64,000 nucleotides of DNA, taken from NCBI RefSeq assembly GCF_037042905.1, contig NW_026974141.1, forward strand, positions 12,958,001 to 13,022,000, read 5' to 3'. Below, piece by piece: positions 24,305 to 34,825 of this stretch. Below the pieces are notes generated by a model that did no database searches, was not told where the DNA came from, and was given only the letters and a program-made list of their open reading frames with translations. Each line of letters starts with the position of its first letter. Within the stretch, counting starts at the first letter, position 1. The position numbers were made by a program, and so were the translations under genes. This stretch comes from Lytechinus pictus (lineage: Eukaryota).

Positions 24305-25189
24305 CTGCTTCGTCAATCAGCATCCATTGGTTTCCAGAAACACAAGATCCAGGCAGGGACAATGTTATTACCATGTTCAGAAGAGGATGATCCCATAGAA
24401 AATAACCAGGATAGAATCAATGAAAAAAAAATGATAATAAAGAAACATGAATAAAATATTATTAACATAAAGAAATTACAAGGTTTCGAATGAGCTAGGA
24501 TGACTTTTGCCAACTGCATTATTGTATCACATCATTTGAAAGGAAGGTTAATTTTCATATAGGCTGTATCTCACCAACAAAGATTTCACCGCAACATCTC
24601 CCATTTTTGTTCAAAGTAAGTCTCTGAGATGTCTCTGCGACAAAAATGGTTTGAGCTCTCACAAAGGGTGAACTTGCAGGAGACTAATCAGAGACGTCTA
24701 CAAGCCGAACATCAATCAGCTTTCTTGAAAATCTTGGGGAAGTCACCAGTAGTCTCCTGTAGTTGCAGCGATGTCTCAGAAACAAAATTGGAGATGTGCC
24801 AGACAACAGTCTCAGTTCTTATTAGATCAGTAACAGATCAGTTCTGGTACCTCCATACCCAAGGTTTGAGGCAAGAATGGCACATGCTCTTTCGGCAATG
24901 AGGAGAGACTCAAGGATACTAGAGTGTCACTGGATTTTAAGGTTTCAGGCCCAAAACTATACCTTGTCAGCATTTCAGTATCAGATTGCAAAGAAATCCC
25001 TATCACTTTTTGAATGGAGAATTGTTCCAATACCTATGTACCTTGAGGCTTGCTCTTACGGCACTGAGTTGTCATAAGATTCAACGTTTCAGGTCCAAAT
25101 TCAGGTACCAAATTGCAAAACGGAATCACTATTAACTAAAAAATGGAGATCAGTTATGAAACATATACGTGAGACAAGAACGTCACCTG

Positions 25190-25945
25190 GGGTGGTATTT
25201 TGGAACACTGTCATAACTTTTGTCATAAATTTTGTCATTTCTCTCAAAGATGTGACACCGCTATGATTGTCACAAATCGGTATTCTGAACATTGTCTTTT
25301 CCCTGTCATATCTCTATAAGTTTCCGCCCATCTTTTCGGAAGCAAACCAATAAAAATCATTGTTAGTTCCCAGTGGGAGCCATTCTAGCCAATAGGAAGG
25401 CCCCGTGGCAGGTACGGTGTATCCCCGATACAGTTGCTGGCACCGTGCAACTACGCGAATATCGATGCGCTTAATTACAAAGAGAGACAGGGAGCTGTGA
25501 GGGATTTTAGAGGAGAAGTAGACAAAGAAAGAAAACAGAGAAAAACAGGAGGAATTAATATGTAGGGCCTAACTAATTGTAGCATGAAAATATAATATTG
25601 AAAATGTTCATGGATGATGAGTGAAACTAATACCACAAGCTAATCTAAATAATATCATTATATGCTTGTTATTCAGTCGGCAGGGTATTGAAATATTTGG
25701 TACTAAAAGATATGACAAAATTTATGACTGCTACCCCTGTCATAACTTTTGTCATTTATTTTGCTTGTATAAAAGGATTGCGCGCATTTAAAGCCGTGTA
25801 TTTTTGGAGCGCGCTAAAGTTAGAAGAGACGAAATTTATGACAATTTTTGTGACAAAAGTTATGACATCCACCAGAATACCGATTTTGTCATATCTCTGA
25901 GAAAAGATAAAATATGGAGAAAAGACAATGTTCAGAATACCGCCC
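25190..25945. mobile_element. PIF/Harbinger-like non-autonomous element, CTG TSD
   Basis: TIR gggtggtattttggaacactgtc / gacaatgttcagaataccgccc; CTG flanks; subterminal tgtcataa repeats. Confidence 0.8.
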
Positions 25946-26077
25946 CTGTTCTTCCAGCATTGAAGGGAGACTCAAAGGCACTCAGTCTTCATTTAATTCT
26001 AAGTTTTCTGGCCTAAATTCAGTTGTCAGAATTCCCTATCACCTTTGGAATGGAGATCAGTTTTAAGCTCTACATAC

Positions 26078-26228
26078 CTGAGGATTGCGACAAGAACGGC
26101 ACCTGCTCTTCTGGGGTTGAGGGTAGACCTGAAGGCAATAGGTTGTTGTTGGATTCTGAAGCTTTGTTTCCCCATCCTCTGGTAGGTGAGGATTTGTTGG
26201 AAGACCCTGATGATTTGGAAGGAGAATC
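26078..26228 (-). CDS. DAGLA: DAGLA C-tail exon
   Basis: ctccag|GAT and CAG|gtatgt; DSPSKSSG...VPFLSQSS; phase 0-1. Confidence 0.8.
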
Positions 26229-26969
26229 CTGGAGATTTGTGGAAAGAGGAAAAAAAGAGAAAATGGAAATAATCAAGGATTTCAGACAAGAAAAGTGATC
26301 TTTGTATATATGTTTACGGGAACCAGTTAGTTCTCGGCACTCCTCAGTTTGTTCATCAATGTGAAGAGGATCATTTAATCTTCTTGGGGTTTGGAGAAGT
26401 TAGGCTGGGTGGGTCAGCAGATGGCCTGTCAGGCCAATCTATGCCCTAAATAGTCTCTGGCAGCGTGGTCAGGGAATACTGGCAGCTGATACAAGGTTGG
26501 TAGTCCTTGCCTTCCTAGCCTGTCTGTGTTCTACAGACACTGCAGTCCTGTTGGCCTCGCATATTTTGGCACCGTCATGAATAGCTGTTCACAAGACCCA
26601 ATACCACTATGCCACTATGACAGAGATATATTATTTAAAAAAAGGTCCCATATATAAGGTATAAGACCTGCCCAGGAGTATACGTAGGTAAACTCTAACC
26701 ATAAACCATATTTAGAGGAAGCAAAATGATCTTCAAAACTAGGTGTTTCGAAAAGAGGCTGAGTTAAACTGACCAGTCCATCGGGGACCAACAGATGGAC
26801 TACGAGTCGCAAACGGACAAAACAAAACGGCCATGTCCACACAACAATACATAAATCTAGATGAGGAAATATATGTCTTAAAGTGGTCTTTAGTAACACT
26901 GAATTTCTTATGTACTTTTTAGGTTCAGCGGTTCCCGGCCTCCACAGAAAAATCATTGACTTTCCCCGG

Positions 26970-27135
26970 TAAAAAATAATATATATTGACTCGGCACTAA
27001 AACCACAGAGAAAACTTCACACCTAGTTACCAAGAATGCGTTCAGCATTTTCATTTATTTGAATGCAGGATAAAAGAGCATTGCTGATTAAATGCCCTGC
27101 TCACGGGCATAGGTGCCTCAGCCGGGGATCGAACC
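26970..27135 (-). mobile_element. 5'-truncated tRNA-derived SINE starting at the intron donor
   Basis: ggttcgatccc B box followed by cccgtgagcagggcattt, ending in an AT-rich tail. Confidence 0.5.
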
Positions 27136-27138
27136 TAC

Positions 27139-27327
27139 CTGGAAATGTACAGTGTGAGCGCCCTCTCTTGTTGATCTCGCTGGTTTCATCTGCAGGTATG
27201 ATGAATGAGATGACGATGAAGAAGGTGGTTGGTTGAACTCTTGACTTGGGGATGGGGGACTCATGGGGGCCCTCCCGACCTGCGACCAGCGCTTTGGTAG
27301 ACCGTGTCTCTTCCCGTACTCCATGCA
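27139..27327 (-). CDS. DAGLA: DAGLA exon (start of C-tail)
   Basis: tctttag|TGC and CAG|gtaggt; CMEYGKRHG...TVHFQ; 189 nt, phase 0-0. Confidence 0.85.
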
Positions 27328-27459
27328 CTAAAGAGAGATATAAATACATTAATGACATAACAGAATACTAGACAGTAATCTGGACGCAGACCGGTGATTA
27401 ATTTCCACACAAATACATCACAGGCCTTTTCTGCCGTCATAGTCAAAACTATACACTGA

Positions 27460-28050
27460 CAGCAAGATCTAGACTAGTTACTACACCGTGTTTAGAGCTC
27501 TCATTACACTTTGGGACAGATGATCCTTGGTTAAATGATGACACCACAGATTAGTCAAACAATAAACACTTTTATACTCTAAGTTGGTGTTTTCTGCCTT
27601 ACCAGTCCAAAGAAGTAATTGAGACTAAGATCTAGGTCTTGGACCATGTACAGGCCTTGTCTAGAGCTCTCATGACACCCTCCCAGTAGGTAACCCTTGA
27701 ATTATCTCTTCATGACTTCTTACATCAATCAAATAATACACTTTTTAATATCATTTTCTTCCTTACTACTCTTGACTAGTAACTGAGACCAAGACATAGA
27801 TCTTGGACCAGATACGGACCTTGTCTAGAGCTCTCATGACACCACCTGGTAGATAATCCTTGGTGAATTATCTCTTGATTACCTCATACATCAATAAAAT
27901 CATACAAGTTTTACACCATTACATGACCTTTTCTACCTTACTAAACATCTAAACTAATAATTTAGAACAAAACTTGGTCTGGACCATATACAGACCTTGT
28001 CCAAGGCTGTCATGACACCTCCTGGGAGATGATCCTTGATGATTACCGGT
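27460..28050 (-). repeat. Degenerate tandem repeat of about 170 bp made of the 3' end of the catalytic-His exon plus its donor (4 copies including the exon)
   Basis: Exon-end equivalents at 27996, 27820, 27656 and 27487. Confidence 0.8.
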
Positions 28051-28122
28051 GAAATCAGAACCTCACTGAAATCCTCGAGGTCTCTCCAGATACCATAGTA
28101 AGCACAATCTTTCTTACTGATA
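27996..28122 (-). CDS. DAGLA: DAGLA exon with catalytic His (KDHLP)
   Basis: cccacccag|T and AAG|gtctgt; ISKKDCAYYGIWRDLEDFSEVLISPVIIKDHLPGGVMTALDK; phase 2-0. Confidence 0.92.
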
Positions 28123-28813
28123 CTGGGTGGGAAGAGAGATACATGGAAATATTACTAGAGGGTAATAACTTAAAATTCTTTTGAGCGCCTCGTGAGCGAC
28201 GTTACGATGGTATGATATTGATGTGACAGAAAATGTGCAGAACGGTGAAAATCTATGGTGTATTGCACTTTAAGACAATTTCCATTGTTGAATTGGCTGG
28301 CTACCCAAGATTACAAGCAGAGTCAACATCAAGCATCTGGTTTGCACAATATAGTGTCAGATTTTCAGTCACTTCCTCATTGTTTTTCTCAGTGTATCAA
28401 TCAGGCCTTTCTAAAAATAGATATTCAAATTTAGGATTAGATTTATATTTTTCAACGAGATGGGGATATTTGCTTTGCAATGATGGAATGTATAATCATA
28501 TATATGTAAAATCATCAATCAATTCTACACTGTGAACTAAAAAAAATGTATCCTCTTTTTAGACTTAATGGTGGCAGCGGTGGGATCGACCTTATATTTT
28601 CACTGACAAATTTGCTCTGAGCCAATCAGATGCAAGGATTTCAGTAGCTTTTAACAGTTTTCAGAGAAAATCGCTGACTAGTTGTTTCATGAAATGCTCC
28701 TCAGATGTTCACGTGGATGACCTAACATTTGCTCCTGCCATAAATGCTGGTGTCATAATCATTTCTTTTTAGAGGTAGAAATTGTGATGCAAGTACTTTT
28801 ATCAGCTACTTAC

Positions 28814-29028
28814 CCCTCTCTCTTGTGGTTATTCCTGACGATCTGCAGCACCCTCCCTGGTAGGTAGAGGGGGCTGTGCGTCGACAGCACCAGGGCGTGG
28901 TTTGTGGGATGGAAGGCTTTGTCGAGTCGACACGGAAACGGAGACGGCGTGTCCACATCTTCGACGGGGGCCAGGTTTTTGGAGTGAACGGTGCAGCAGC
29001 ATAGGAGCTCACCCATTATAACCCTCCA
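28814..29028 (-). CDS. DAGLA: DAGLA exon (regulatory loop, PLYLPGR)
   Basis: accag|TGG and GG|gtaagt; WRVIMG...SPLYLPGRVLQIVRNNHKRE; phase 0-2. Confidence 0.93.
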
Positions 29029-29311
29029 CTGGTTCGAAGGAAAAATATATGTACAGTAGATGAGTGATAAGCAAGCTAACATAAATGAAATATAAATACC
29101 TTTTAACTTCATATACCACTCTTCAATTCTGAAATTGAATAATGATTAAAGATTCCTTCTTACCTAGTCTCCCTTTCCTATGACTTTGTTCAATGTTATT
29201 GGAGCTGTCAAGCCAAATCCTCAAGGATATTATGCAACAGCAGTTTCCATTTTTACTCATGTCATGTTTTTCATCTATATCATTTTAATAAACTTGTATT
29301 TCCATCAATGT

Positions 29312-29611
29312 GGAGCGTTGTGGCCCAGTGGATTAGTCTTCTGACTTTGAAACAGAGGGTCGTGGGTTCGAATCCCAGCCATGGCGTAATTTCCTTGAGC
29401 AAGGAATTCATCCACGTTGTGCTGCTCTCAACCCAGTTGAGATGAATGGGTACCTGGCAGGAATTTGTTCCTTGAAATGCCACCGCGCTGTATAAGGCTG
29501 TGGGGCTAAAGCCAGGGTAATAATATCCAAGTGCTTTGGAAGCGCATAGGGACGTTATGACATAATGCGATATGCGCTATACAAGAACTGCGTTATTATT
29601 TTTATTATTAT
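29312..29611 (+). mobile_element. tRNA-derived SINE
   Basis: Same family as 3959-4250; perfect B box ggttcgaatcc. Confidence 0.9.
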
Positions 29612-29704
29612 TTTGATTGTTATGATTGTACATACTGATTTTTCTATTTCTGTATGGAATCTAATTGAACTGAATTGATATCTAAAAATGGTTGAGGAAT
29701 TTAC

Positions 29705-29846
29705 TTTGGGATCTCTGCACATCTTGATGCAGTTAAGAAGATCAGCCCTGAGGAACTCCATCTGAGAGAGACCTATCCTAGCAACAACATCCTTGCCGAC
29801 TACTAGAGAGGTTACAAACTCAGCAGCATACTCAGATGATTCCTTG
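29705..29846 (-). CDS. DAGLA: DAGLA exon with catalytic Asp (GKDVVAR)
   Basis: tttcag|C and AAA|gtaaat; KESSEYAAEFVTSLVVGKDVVARIGLSQMEFLRADLLNCIKMCRDPK; phase 2-0. Confidence 0.93.
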
Positions 29847-29935
29847 CTGAAAGAATAAAATCAAAATGAAAAATAAATCATCATCAGCAGCATCATCAGG
29901 GTCAACATCACCATCACCACTATTAATATCGTAAT

Positions 29936-30097
29936 NNNNNNNNNNNNNNNNNNNNNNNNNNNNNNNNNNNNNNNNNNNNNNNNNNNNNNNNNNNNNNNNN
30001 NNNNNNNNNNNNNNNNNNNNNNNNNNNNNNNNNNNNNNNNNNNNNNNNNNNNNNNNNNNNNNNNNNNNNNNNNNNNNNNNNNNNNNNNNNNNNNNNN
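29936..30097. other. Assembly gap
   Basis: Run of N. Confidence 1.
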
Positions 30098-30451
30098 GAA
30101 ATGGCGAAATGGGAAAAAACATTTGATATGTAATAGGGACTAATGGTGGAATGTATTCTATTCTTTCTCCTCATTTTGTACATATCTTATCTTTTTCATG
30201 TGTATATATAATTTTCGTTTACTTTTAGGTAACATGTACAGTATCATATTTTATCTATTTTGTTATTTTCCATAGTTAATTATGATTATTTCATTATTTA
30301 ATTTGTCAATATTAGTATTTATGCTCTCTTCTTTGTTTATATCCGAATGTGTCACCATGTTTTATATTTGTGTTTGTTTACGAAGGGCCCCAACGAAAAC
30401 CAGCTTGTAGCTGATTGGGCTACACTTCTTTTAAATATTTGAAATAAATAA

Positions 30452-30547
30452 ATCATAATCATCATCATCATCATCATCACCACCACCACCACCACCACCA
30501 CCATCATCATCACCATCATTATCACCACCACCATCATCATCATCATC
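30452..30547. repeat. Compound (CAT)n/(CAC)n microsatellite
   Basis: Seen directly. Confidence 0.95.
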
Positions 30548-30555
30548 CTACTCAC

Positions 30556-30698
30556 CATAGTAATCCTCCAGGAGGAGAGTAGGCATAAACTTTGAGTGAG
30601 GGATAATCTGGTCGTAGCATGATACCCAAGATGGCCGCCGTACCGGCTCCCAATGAATGGCCAACCAACAGCAATTCATAATTTTGCGTTCCCCTTGC
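30556..30698 (-). CDS. DAGLA: DAGLA exon with nucleophile Ser (GHSLG)
   Basis: ttttatag|GCA and TG|gtgagt; [47 protein letters not shown]; phase 0-2. Confidence 0.96.
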
Positions 30699-31128
30699 CT
30701 ATAAAAGTTGTTAAAACAAGAATATACAGATGTTCTTATTTCAATCAAAAGGAAACTTTGCCAAAATCAACATCCTCAATTATATGTAAAAAGAAAAATC
30801 AGAAATGAGGAAAATCAAAGATTATTATTTTCTTACTTACAAACCTGACAGTCAGCAAGCATAGCCGTTACATAAGTTTTAAGAAATTCTTGTTTGAGTG
30901 ACCAAGGCCATTAAATACACCTATTAAAACAATTTGAAGTTAAATAATTTTGTGATGAAGAAAAATAAACATACATTACAATAATGTCATAACTAGAAAA
31001 TATTGAGCAAACTTCTTACCAATACATATTGATTAATACATATTGTAAGATATATTTCAATTATCATCTAAATTAATCATCTTAAATGTTTTATAATGTT
31101 CAAAACGAGAGTTAAATGTCAATCTTAC

Positions 31129-31209
31129 CTCATCTGATGTGAAAGCTTGGTGTAGTAACATATCATCTATCAATCTTCTCTTGATATAGTTAGCTGCTTC
31201 AACCATACC
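31129..31209 (-). CDS. DAGLA: DAGLA exon
   Basis: tgccag|GGT and GAG|gtaaga; GMVEAANYIKRRLIDDMLLHQAFTSDE; phase 0-0. Confidence 0.93.
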
Positions 31210-31699
31210 CTGGCAAAAACAATGAAATTCAATAAGATTTCAAAATCAGATGGATTCTTTTTATAGATCATCCAGAACAATAAGTAAATAATTCAATCAG
31301 TATATTCTAGTTTTGCGTGATGCATCATCATATGGAACAATCTCTCCAAAGAGAAGGGGGTTCAAATTCTCCCTCAGATGAAAAGATCTTATGTGTAGTC
31401 TTGTTACGTATTCCAATGGCCAGGGTAATAATGATCAAAGTTAAAAGCACTATATAGAAACATTGTATTAAGCATTTCATAAATGTAATTCTCATTGGGC
31501 CTACTGGCAGTTTTACCCACTCCAAAACTTTATCTTACAAGATACACATAATTCAAAATTCCATAAATCAAAAAGTCACCTATTAAAGTCGACACAATTT
31601 TTCAGACTAGATTATGCAAAGCATGTGTTATTTGCATCTTTCAAGTCAAATTTCTTTTAAGTCAAACAGATATCTCTGGTCCCAAAGAGATTTGACTTG

Positions 31700-32163
31700 G
31701 GGCCTTTTCACACATGAATCTTGAATCATTGTAATAATGATTGCAATTCATCTTTAGAATCATCGGACCTTTCACTCACTCGCAAATTGTGATTTGAAAT
31801 CAAATTCCCGAGCGAAGGCGGTATGTGTCCTTGGTGACCTGTCAATCAAAGCACTGCATCGCAAATGCAAGCTACGATGAGTGCATGACAATTGTATTAT
31901 CTACGGAATTGCTTGAAAGGTCACGTAAGCTCCTCCCCCCAAAAGATGTTTTGGAGGTCAAGCCTTTCACACGGAAAATTCGTACAGTAATTTGAGTGAA
32001 ACTTAACTTGAATTCACCTCCGGAGTAGAAATTGAATTTCGTGATTGTGATTAGCATTCATGATTCCAGTTTGGTTTCACACGTGCTAAAAATTTGTCAT
32101 TAGCCTTATTTTTCACTGGAATCATCATTCAAATTACGATTTTTTTTACTGTGTGAAAGGGCG
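31700..32163. mobile_element. Harbinger-like MITE
   Basis: ggccttttcacaca ... tgtgtgaaagggc termini. Confidence 0.55.
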
Positions 32164-32253
32164 GTAAGGCAGATTATTCTGCACAATGTGTCTTTTGTAA
32201 ATTTGAACGGTGCACATTCACATCTCAACCCACACTACCACTCCCAAGCTTAC

Positions 32254-32415
32254 CTTATGGCCTTGGTATGGTGATGATTCATCTTGACTGGAGATAGGGC
32301 TTGTGTCTGCACTCAAGTCTGTCACTATGTCAGCAACAGACAGCGTACCCCTGATAGAAACGACCACTCGACTTCTTTCGTGATCAAGAGCAACGAAGAA
32401 CGGCGTCTCCCACAC
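32254..32415 (-). CDS. DAGLA: DAGLA exon (start of lipase class 3 core)
   Basis: cttcag|GTG and AAG|gtaagc; VWETPFFVALDHERSRVVVSIRGTLS...QGHK; phase 0-0. Confidence 0.96.
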
Positions 32416-32908
32416 CTGAAGATCAAATAGACAAAAAAATGCCAAAATTGATCCTATTGCCTCCTCAAATTTACAATTGATCTGATCAACCTCAACTGTA
32501 TGGAAATCCATCAATGTCATCATTTTCTTTTCAGGAAATTTCCCAAACGTCCTTTGTATACCAAGGGAAGCACACTCAATTTTCAAGAAAACAATGTATG
32601 CATTAATATACAGCATATCTAAAAGAAAAATTGAACAAAGACGCATTTTAGATGTTGATGTTGTGGGCTTTCCATAGTTGTGGTTGATCAGATCAATCAC
32701 AACTCTTTGTAAGACGGGGCCCTTTTGTTGGAAGACTGAAATTCTCATTTTAACAAGCGTCTAAAAGGAAAATTCAATATGTTACAAAGTTTGATAGGGA
32801 TTATAGGGAAATGCACTCCCATTTTTCTAAAAGATGGAATGTTCAGGGTATCTATTTTAGCACCTAAGAAATGGTCACCAGTCATGTGTAAAGCCATGTA
32901 TAACTTAA

Positions 32909-33505
32909 AGGGATACTCCAGGCTGAAAATATTTATATCTAAATAAATAGGGTAAAATTCACAGAGCAAAATGCTGAAAATTTCATCAGAATCTGATAAC
33001 AAATAATGAAGATATTGAAATTCAAAGTTTAGCAATATTTTGTGAAAACAGTTATATGCATGTCATCATTAATATTCATTAGGTGGGCTGATGTCACATC
33101 CCCACTTTCCTTTTTCTTATGTTATTTCATGAAATCATAATTATTTCATTTTTTCACACACGTGTAAATGATGTGTCTCCATTATAATGAAACAAGTTGC
33201 AGCAATAAATAAATAATGCACTTAATCAGTTTTCAATCCAATTGTTTTAGTTCTTGGTAATTTTTTTTTTAATAAACCTTATTTCATATAATATAAAATA
33301 CAAAAGAACAAGTGGGGATATGACATCATCAGCCCACCTAATGAATATTCATGAAGACATGCCTAGAACTGTTTGACTGGAATAATGCAAATATTTAGAT
33401 AACTTTCTTATTTTTTATCCGATCTTGATCAAATTTTCAGCATTTTGCTTTGTGAATTTTACTCTATTTATTGAGATATGAATATCTTCAGCCCGGAGTA
33501 TCTCT
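32909..33505. mobile_element. Kolobok-like non-autonomous element, TTAA TSD
   Basis: ttaa|agggatactccaggctgaa ... ttcagcccggagtatctct|ttaa; long inverted arms. Confidence 0.85.
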
Positions 33506-34089
33506 TTAAAAGCAGCTTCATGAAATGGCCCCTTGGATATATAACAACTAAAGCTGAAAAGCTGAATGCGAGGTGATGCATAAATGGATTATTGGCACTG
33601 TGTGAATCAACCAATCACGATGAAGCATGTGAATGGCTAACCAATCATCTGCAGGAACCAATTTATTCATTGAGGCATCAAAAATTAGGAGTGAATATTC
33701 AAAACAAAGTAAAATTTATGCTACACAAAGTAAAAGTAAAACAAGATGCAAAATATCATTTTTAACTTGATGCTAATAATGGTTAATCAAGGTGCTCTTT
33801 TGTATAAAAAACAAGATTTATAAGGACAATTTGATATCCTTTGGCAAGGATATTATATAAATTGTTAAACTTTTATTTCATTCATCCTTTGATTTTGCTT
33901 AAAATGTGAACAAAAGAAAATGAAAAATAAATCCAAACAATAACTCCTTTCTGCACTGTAAGGCAATGAATCTAAGTACTGTAGAGATTTGAAACTTTCA
34001 CTATCTCTTTAAGAAACCTCAGGGGGCTACATAAGTATGAACGGCATAAAAAAATTCCACTATTCTTCATAATCTTTCCTTATGAATCC

Positions 34090-34265
34090 GGGTGGGTGTT
34101 TCATAAAGCTGTTCGTAAGATAAGAGCAACATTAAGAACGACTGGTGATCCTTTCTTTTGGTAAATGGGATACACCATTGGAGATGGTTTAGCGCGTAAG
34201 AAAGGTTCACCAGTCGTTCTTAAAGTCGCTCTTAACTTACGAACAGCTTTATGAAATGGCCCCCC
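34090..34265. mobile_element. Short MITE
   Basis: tttcataaagctgttcgtaag / cttacgaacagctttatgaaa inverted termini. Confidence 0.8.
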
Positions 34266-34398
34266 GCATATGTTCAAGACTCTATTTCAATTTTCATTTT
34301 AAAACAGAAATGGAATGGTTGCTTAGAGAACAATAATGCACAAATGATATTATGCTCATGAAAGGATGTGCCAAAAACGATATTCAGCAAAAAATATT

Positions 34399-34825
34399 AG
34401 CCCGAATTCACGAAGGTGGTTTTGAAAACCCACGGTTGAGTCCATGGTTTATGCAGATTTACTGGATAAATTACGCTTATTTTACCGCGTATATTAAAAA
34501 ATGTCCAATGCTGATGCACGCTTTTGTCACAGTACGCCAAATTGAAGCCTGTTGCCGTGGTTATCCATGTTATTTTATTCATGAGTCCACTATTTGAATT
34601 AATAAGTCCACTCTCTAAACAGAGGACTCATGAATAGAATAGCGTATCTAACCATGGTAACAGGCGTCCATTTGGCGCACTGTGACAAAAGCGGGCATCA
34701 CAATTGGACATTTTATATACACACCCACCCGATACGCGCCAAATTAAGCGTAATTTATACAGGAAATCTGCATAAACCATGGATTCAACCATGGGTTTTC
34801 AAAACTACCTTTGTGAATTCGGGCC
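34399..34825. mobile_element. Palindromic MITE
   Basis: gcccgaattcacgaaggtggttttgaaaaccc / gggttttcaaaactacctttgtgaattcgggc. Confidence 0.85.

Noticed and set aside
30352-30558. Poly-Met/Val ORF
   Set aside because: Translation of the (CAT)/(CAC) microsatellite.
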